Both the position numbers and the translations under genes were made by a program. Below the pieces are notes generated by a model. The model ran no database searches. It was not told the DNA's origin and saw only the letters and a program-made list of their open reading frames with translations. A stretch of DNA of 63,940 nucleotides, filler included, from Stramenopiles sp. TOSAG23-3 (Eukaryota): NCBI GenBank assembly GCA_900128585.1. It is 22 parts of 22 records of this genome, joined end to end, with 100 filler letters (N's around TTAATTAATTAA, not from the genome) between each part and the next. Parts side by side here need not be neighbours in the genome. Positions count along the whole stretch, not along the records: positions 58,243 to 61,041 come from LT644584.1; positions 61,142 to 63,940 come from LT644585.1; 20 more parts are not named here. One strand, 5' to 3'. This document shows positions 58,143 through 63,940 of this stretch, one piece after another (the stretch's first letter is position 1; each line of letters starts with the position of its first letter).

Positions 58143-58652
58143 NNNNNNNNNNNNNNNNNNNNNNNNNNNNNNNNNNNNNNNNNNNNTTAATTAATTAANN
58201 NNNNNNNNNNNNNNNNNNNNNNNNNNNNNNNNNNNNNNNNNNAAGCAGCGGCGTAATTGTTTTAGAGGTGCTCGTTGTCTGCCATGTAAATCGGTTAAGG
58301 GATTGTCATTTGTGAGTTGGGATGTTGGGGGAGGTTTGTTTGTGTCATTTTCGGTCGGCGGTGCGGTGGGTGTGGTTCGTTGGAGTGCCAGTTGGAATCT
58401 CGTCCTGCGGTATACACCAATGCTCGGGTTCCCATCTTCTGATTATTTAAAAAATAAAAACAAGAAATGTTTTTGTTTTTAATTTTTATTTTTTAATTAC
58501 TTATTATAACAGCCAATTTTCTTGATTTAAAAATATTATATAATATTTTGGATTGGTCTTTAAAACGCACGCACTCTCACTTCTTTAAGCTTATTTAAAC
58601 GCCCCCCTCTGAAAAATATGTATGGACACAGCCACTCCGACCCCCAAGCTCT

Positions 58653-60221
58653 TTAACGAAAAAATCTTCTAAAGGTGCTGCTCAAGGAGTTGCTGTTCGA
58701 ATCTGAGCCGTATATGAACTGCGGTCTCATCGACGCCAGTGCAAGGGTCGCAACCCCGGCAGTAGCACCAAGGACAATCAAATTAGTCACTCTATCCAAT
58801 ATTTTATCTTGCTGCTTGCCACGAGCGATGGCATCATCGTATGGGATTCTTGTAAATGCAACCATTTTATACAGCGGTACCCAAGACTTCGGAAACAGCC
58901 AATTGATGAAGCCTTCGATCTTTTTACGGATCAAAAACATTTTTGAGCCGGTGTGGTGCCTCATTTCCAAATAGTTGTTCAAGCTTAACTCGGCAATTGC
59001 TTCACCCGTCGGTTGGCGCGATTTGGCAAACGCTACCACCGCCTTCGACAGGTCGTTGTTTGTCGTATCCAAGGCCTCTGAAAATGCCAACACATCCTCC
59101 ATCCCTGCATTCATCCCTTGGCCGTAAAAGGGGACGATTGCATGCGCCGCATCTCCCATGATCAGCATTTTGTCTTTGTAGTTCCAGGGAGATGCTTTTG
59201 CTTGCACCAGCTGGCAGCTAGGGTTCCGGCGGAAATCTTTGAGATAATTTGGCATGATCGACATTACGTCAGGAAAATATTTCTTGAAATAAGCTTCCAC
59301 GTCCTTGTCGGACCCTTCCTCAACATCTAGCAACCCGGGGTTCACTTCACCCGTCTCTTTATTTGTCGTGCTGCGGAACGGGGCAAAGATGGTGCACGTG
59401 AAACTTTTATCTGGGTTTGGCAATGCGATCATCATGAATTCACCACGGGGCCAAATGTGCAGCGCTTCCGTGTCGCGCATGGCAAAGTCCCCGCTCGCGG
59501 TCGGTGGAATGCACAGCTCCTTGTAGCCGTGTTTAATGTACTCACGGTGGAAGTCCATGGGCATCAAACGTAGCATGGCTTCTCTGGTCGAACTGTATGC
59601 ACCATCGCAGCCCAAGATCAGGGTTGGTTTCACCTGTACACTGCCTGGGTTGTAATCATTGTACGTGCACGGCCGGCTGCGCCCAGCATTGGCCATCACG
59701 CGCGTGGAATTTTCAAAGTGGGCGACGCCTGCCCGGTCTACGTGCGTTAGTTTGTGCTCAAAGCAGATTTGACACTTCGGGTGTTTGGACGCTTCGGCTA
59801 TCAGCAGGTTGTTCAAGCGCTCCCGGGACACAGAATTAATGAAGTTGCTATCATCAATTTCGTCGTACGGTTGCCAAGAATCTGCTTCTGAATCGGCGTC
59901 ATTTGTGGAGTGGATGGCACGGCACCTCATTGGCACGGTGAAGTTCATGACCTTCTCGAGCAAGCCAACCTTTTTCAAGGCGGACTGCCCACGGAACGAC
60001 AGCGCCAGGTTAATTGAGCGTTTGATCGCATCTTTGTGTTGGTCCTCTGGCCTTTTAGTCAGGTCTTCCTCCCCACTAATTTGTTCTGGCGAACGCCAGT
60101 CGGCCCGCCCTTCGTACAGACGTACGCTGTAACCATACTTTGGCAACAGCACAGCTGTCAAGGAGCCAACTAAGCCTCCACCAATAATGACGACCCCGTC
60201 GAATTCCTCCACGTTTGCCAT
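58653..60221 (-). CDS. KMO: Kynurenine 3-monooxygenase
   Basis: IIGGGLVG, RSINLALSFRG, GCDGAYS, HGYKELCIPP, LHIWPRGEFMMIALPN, GDAAHAIVPFYGQGMNAGMED, PLYKMVAFTRIPY, C-terminal TM. Confidence 0.97.
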   Translation of the reverse strand: MANVEEFDGVVIIGGGLVGSLTAVLLPKYGYSVRLYEGRADWRSPEQISGEEDLTKRPEDQHKDAIKRSINLALSFRGQSALKKVGLLEKVMNFTVPMRCRAIHSTNDADSEADSWQPYDEIDDSNFINSVSRERLNNLLIAEASKHPKCQICFEHKLTHVDRAGVAHFENSTRVMANAGRSRPCTYNDYNPGSVQVKPTLILGCDGAYSSTREAMLRLMPMDFHREYIKHGYKELCIPPTASGDFAMRDTEALHIWPRGEFMMIALPNPDKSFTCTIFAPFRSTTNKETGEVNPGLLDVEEGSDKDVEAYFKKYFPDVMSIMPNYLKDFRRNPSCQLVQAKASPWNYKDKMLIMGDAAHAIVPFYGQGMNAGMEDVLAFSEALDTTNNDLSKAVVAFAKSRQPTGEAIAELSLNNYLEMRHHTGSKMFLIRKKIEGFINWLFPKSWVPLYKMVAFTRIPYDDAIARGKQQDKILDRVTNLIVLGATAGVATLALASMRPQFIYGSDSNSNSLSSTFRRFFR

Positions 60222-61245
60222 CGTTTTCAAACGCTTGCGTGAATTAAAACTTTAGACGAGAAAACAAATTAATTTTTTTAATTTAGCTCGTGTATGTATT
60301 CATTACACCTGTCGTGGTACGCACAAACTGTACGAAAATTCGCTGGTGTTGAATTGTTTCTTACGATGTGGGTTGACACTTCCTTTACACTTAATGTACG
60401 ATACGGCCATTCTAATCCACCCATCAAGACTACTACTAATAATAAAAAAGAGAATTTTCTTTTTAAAAAAATAATAATAATAGACTATTATATTTAATGT
60501 TAATAACACCCAGCAGCACCGAGCAATCGAAGATCGAAGAACAAAAACAAAGCAACAATAAGGAATAGCAAAGAGGGATACCGTATACATAATGTAATAG
60601 AATAGGATGGACGGATAATACTTCTTCTTCTTTCTCTATTATTATAAAATAAAAAAATAAATCAAAGCAAGCAACAACCAACAAAAACAAAAAACAAGAA
60701 AAACAAAAACAAAAACAAAAACAAAAATGGAAGAAAGTGAAAGAAGTGAGAATATAAAGGAATTGTTTTGATAGGTATTTTTATTTGGCTTTAAGTACAA
60801 ATATAATCTTTCTAACGAGTCGTATATGAAATACGTAGAGAGCTGAGAGAAGAAGAAGAAATGTGATTATTGATTGATTGAAGAAGAAAGGTTTTTAGAT
60901 GAGTGAGTTTTTGTTTTGTGTTTTGTGTTTTGTGTTGTTGTCGATTGTAGTTGTGAGATTGTGAGTATTTATTATACGTATTTTAATATTTAAATTATAA
61001 TTGTATTATTTGATTGTTTTTTTTCATTTGTATTAATAGTANNNNNNNNNNNNNNNNNNNNNNNNNNNNNNNNNNNNNNNNNNNNTTAATTAATTAANNN
61101 NNNNNNNNNNNNNNNNNNNNNNNNNNNNNNNNNNNNNNNNNGGGGGGGGGGGGGGGGGAGGTAAATCATTAAAGAAATTAAGAATTCTGTGAGAATCACA
61201 TGTCTCCTCTTGGTTTCATGAAACTCTTTCTCGTGAAAATCAGTT

Positions 61246-63861
61246 CTACCCGTCAAACTCTGAAGAACAGTTCGGCATGTCTATTTTCGCGCATTCCTTT
61301 AAATCCGTATAAATTGCATCGTGGTTTGTAAATGCAGCGGTAATTGCGCGTTTTTCAACACCTCGTTCAGCTTGACCTTGCATACGTTTGAGAAACGCTA
61401 CGCGAGCTTCGTACAAGCTAAAATCAGAATCAGAATACACCTGCTCATGCGCAGAGAACACAGCCTTCAAAACTTCCAAAAACCTCCCGAACGATGTACT
61501 CAAAGGAAGACTGAGGGTCTTTCTTGCTCTGGTAAGAGCTACGTACCAGAGATTAACAAACTGTTGCATGCGACCCGATCTCTTCCATGAAGGAAAGCCA
61601 GTTCTTCCCCACATTTGTGTGCAGGCCTGGCTGGCGCTTAGAAACCCACAGCTTCCGTTCTGACTCCCAGGCGAAATGTCCCCCAGGCTGAAGTCTATCC
61701 TGTTTGACCAGTCGTCTACAATTTGCACAGTATCGTCTTCCAAACCTTTGTAGCTGTGAATGGTGGAGAAAAAAACGTCCGCGTTGCTAGCTGTAAACTT
61801 GGCATCAAGGACATTCATGACGAAAGTGTTCACTGCCTTCTCCAGGTGACTGCCTTCGTACGTTAACTTTTCTGCCGTTTCTTCCATCTGTTCGTTTGAA
61901 GGCCCAAGCTTCCCAAGGATATGCGTATACACTCCGTATTCAAGGTCTCGATCGTTTATATCGTCTACGACCATGTTCCATGTCAAACCTTTCTTCCCTT
62001 TCCATGATTTAAATGGTAACGTATCGGAGTTCCCCACGAAAAGTTCAAAAAATGGTTTTATTCGTGCGGCCAAATTTTTGAACTTTTTTCTGCCCGTGTC
62101 TGCAATGCCAATTTTTACCCCTGGGTCGTCAGATAGTAAATTCAATGACGACTCCATTATTGTAGAGTTTGTGCTACACAAAACTACCAAGCAGGCAGCG
62201 TTGCGTAAACGAAGAAAACTGCCGTCTGCCGCACGCCGCTTCAATAAATCAACGCTTGTAACGATTCCAAGTCCCTGGTCTACGGCGGCGCCAACAACGT
62301 TATAGTGCTGAAAGGTATTGTGCTGTTTGCTTAGTGTTTTGCACAGTAGCAGCACATTTGCGACGCTGGCAATGTTACAACCAAATCGAAACGACCTAGT
62401 CAGTGTTAAGCAAGTCAAACATTTGTCCTTGCACTTGGGAGGCAACAAATAATTCAACGTCTGTTGGAGATTCATCAGGTTGTCTGCGTTGGACCCTCTA
62501 AATTGGTATATAGTCTGGACTGCATCCCCGACAAAAAACAATTGCATTCGCCTTGCCTGTTGGCAACACCAAGTAAATTGGGAAGGATTCAAATCTTGAG
62601 CTTCGTCGACTAACAAAGCGGTTCCATCCATTTCTTTCTCGCTTAACTGGGCTAATTTTTGGATCGAGCTGTACGTATAAAACTCTCCTCGCCGCAGAGC
62701 GTTCCACAACTTCTTCATCCATACGTAAAAGAGCTCTTTTGCTTTCGCGGTGGGTACCAAACCCTGTGGGCACGTCAGGCTTCGTTGTTCCTGAATCTCC
62801 GGATCCCGGGAAAACCAAAGCTTTGCTGGATACCAAAGGTAAAACCCAAACGTTTCCTGCAGAAACAGGTCAAAAAAATTCATTGTGCATGGTTGCTTTC
62901 TGTTATTGCCTATTTCTGTTTTTACTGCCTGTCTTTTGCATGCTTCGCACCACATATCTACATTGTCCGACCAAACCAAGCAATCTTTGTCTAACTTGTC
63001 CGAGTGCAAAAACTGAAGAAACGTTTTCCAAAGTGAGAGTGCTATAAACTCTTTGCAACGTCTTGTGTTCACCGCACTCTTGCCAACGCAACTTTCGGCT
63101 GTACTGTCAACTTTGCCCATATGTGCAACGCTTTCGCTGTCGCTGGCTATACACAGACACCGCTCTTCAATTTCTCTGCCGAATAATTTCAAAATATACC
63201 GTTGTGCATACAGGTCGCCCTCCGGGCTTTTCTCTTTGCCGGGGTCTTTGAACAAACAATGGCGTGCTTGTGCATCTACGGTACAACTTGTGATTTGGGC
63301 GTTGTAGTCGTGTTCTAACGATGCCAGTTTTTCGCTCGCCTCTCTTGCGTTTGCTACGTTGAATACTAAGTATATGATTTTTTTATGACCCTTCTCCAGA
63401 AGACGACGAATCGTACTTGCAATCGTGAACGTCTTGCCCGAACCGGCGGCCGCCATTACGCGAACGACGCGTTGGGATTCTAATCCTGCGATATCCTTTG
63501 GTGCAGAACAAGTTGCAGAGGACGATGGGGCATTTACCGGAGGTATTGGTGCGGTCGCCATTTTCACTACACTACGCTGCTCGTCTGTAAGCTGCTGCAA
63601 GGTCTTCGCGGCTTCCCGTTTTCTCTTAATGGCAGAAAGGGAAAACTTTTGCTTTTTACAAGGTTGCTCGGGGGCGCTACTTGCCGAACCTGCTATGCCT
63701 CTCACGCTTTCGTCGGTGTCAGACTGCGCCAGAACATACTCTATCAAACGCCTCTTTAGTACGCTTTTTTTCCCATTAATTTTCAAACTGTGTTGCTTCA
63801 ATTCTTTCTTTAACTCCTTCACCTTCAGTTTAGCAATGCGGGTTGCAACTGAAGACTCCAT
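61246..63861 (-). CDS. SAP domain + UvrD-like SF1A DNA helicase (FBH1-like)
   Basis: SAP: LKVKELKKELKQHSLKINGKKSVLKRRL. Helicase: LTDEQ, AAAGSGKT, VDEAQD, VGDAVQTIYQFRG, LTRSFRFG, STIHSYKGLE, NLWYVALTRAR. Confidence 0.9.
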   Translation of the reverse strand: MESSVATRIAKLKVKELKKELKQHSLKINGKKSVLKRRLIEYVLAQSDTDESVRGIAGSASSAPEQPCKKQKFSLSAIKRKREAAKTLQQLTDEQRSVVKMATAPIPPVNAPSSSATCSAPKDIAGLESQRVVRVMAAAGSGKTFTIASTIRRLLEKGHKKIIYLVFNVANAREASEKLASLEHDYNAQITSCTVDAQARHCLFKDPGKEKSPEGDLYAQRYILKLFGREIEERCLCIASDSESVAHMGKVDSTAESCVGKSAVNTRRCKEFIALSLWKTFLQFLHSDKLDKDCLVWSDNVDMWCEACKRQAVKTEIGNNRKQPCTMNFFDLFLQETFGFYLWYPAKLWFSRDPEIQEQRSLTCPQGLVPTAKAKELFYVWMKKLWNALRRGEFYTYSSIQKLAQLSEKEMDGTALLVDEAQDLNPSQFTWCCQQARRMQLFFVGDAVQTIYQFRGSNADNLMNLQQTLNYLLPPKCKDKCLTCLTLTRSFRFGCNIASVANVLLLCKTLSKQHNTFQHYNVVGAAVDQGLGIVTSVDLLKRRAADGSFLRLRNAACLVVLCSTNSTIMESSLNLLSDDPGVKIGIADTGRKKFKNLAARIKPFFELFVGNSDTLPFKSWKGKKGLTWNMVVDDINDRDLEYGVYTHILGKLGPSNEQMEETAEKLTYEGSHLEKAVNTFVMNVLDAKFTASNADVFFSTIHSYKGLEDDTVQIVDDWSNRIDFSLGDISPGSQNGSCGFLSASQACTQMWGRTGFPSWKRSGRMQQFVNLWYVALTRARKTLSLPLSTSFGRFLEVLKAVFSAHEQVYSDSDFSLYEARVAFLKRMQGQAERGVEKRAITAAFTNHDAIYTDLKECAKIDMPNCSSEFDG

Positions 63862-63940
63862 TGCTTAGTTCGGTACTACGGTGCAAGCAAGAGCTGCAGT
63901 TGTCGGGCAGCGATCCAAAGTGTTTTGTTGCGAGAATTGA

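Noticed and set aside
14841..60221. Apparent clusters across the window (FAH + KMO aromatic catabolism; DRC1 + kinesin-9 + tubulin; DNase I + helicase as a defence system)
   Set aside because: The genes lie on separate, arbitrarily ordered contigs, so there is no linkage information.
2831..61141. Regularly spaced TTAATTAATTAA repeats flanked by Ns, resembling a periodic array
   Set aside because: Artificial concatenation linker. The even spacing reflects length-sorted contigs. ORF tails ending in X...LIN are artefacts.
61142..61158. Poly-G run (and poly-C at 52332-52342) as G-quadruplex elements
   Set aside because: Both sit at contig ends, where homopolymers break assemblies or arise as sequencing artefacts.
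1..63940. Stop-codon reassignment or a non-standard genetic code
   Set aside because: TAA (KMO, alpha-tubulin), TAG (TMCO1, GNAT) and TGA (NTAN1, NOP53) all end conserved proteins at expected positions, and long ORFs have no in-frame stops.

Overview
This window is not one locus. It is 22 unrelated contigs of about 2.8 kb (lengths falling from 2830 to 2799 bp) joined by an artificial 100-bp linker (N44-TTAATTAATTAA-N44), so only within-contig adjacency is meaningful. The DNA is nuclear DNA of an intron-poor, flagellated eukaryote using the standard code, with AT-rich, microsatellite-laden intergenic regions. A heterotrophic stramenopile-like protist from a single-cell or metagenome assembly is my inference. 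Recognisable genes: NOP53, an FAH-family hydrolase, SEC14/CRAL-TRIO, a P-loop kinase, TMCO1, two alpha-tubulin fragments, DRC1, an LYR protein, a small GNAT, NTAN1, a TM-calpain, a DUF5054/GH38-like protein, a USP, kinesin-9, DNase I, a TLC protein, KMO and a SAP + FBH1-like helicase. Best leads: (1) a GNAT ORF and an LYR-protein ORF separated by one nucleotide, a candidate bicistronic locus; (2) a 30-60 bp non-coding element shared by five contigs and, where a nearby gene end is visible, consistently oriented downstream of it; (3) a contig with alpha-tubulin at both ends and a kinase-tubulin in-frame junction; (4) a membrane calpain lacking its catalytic Cys and His; (5) a secreted protein built from alternating acidic and basic blocks. 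An inversion junction in the USP contig and several frameshifts show that amplification or assembly artefacts are probably present. I see no rRNA, tRNA, CRISPR array or intact transposon. All homology calls are from motif recognition, not database searches.
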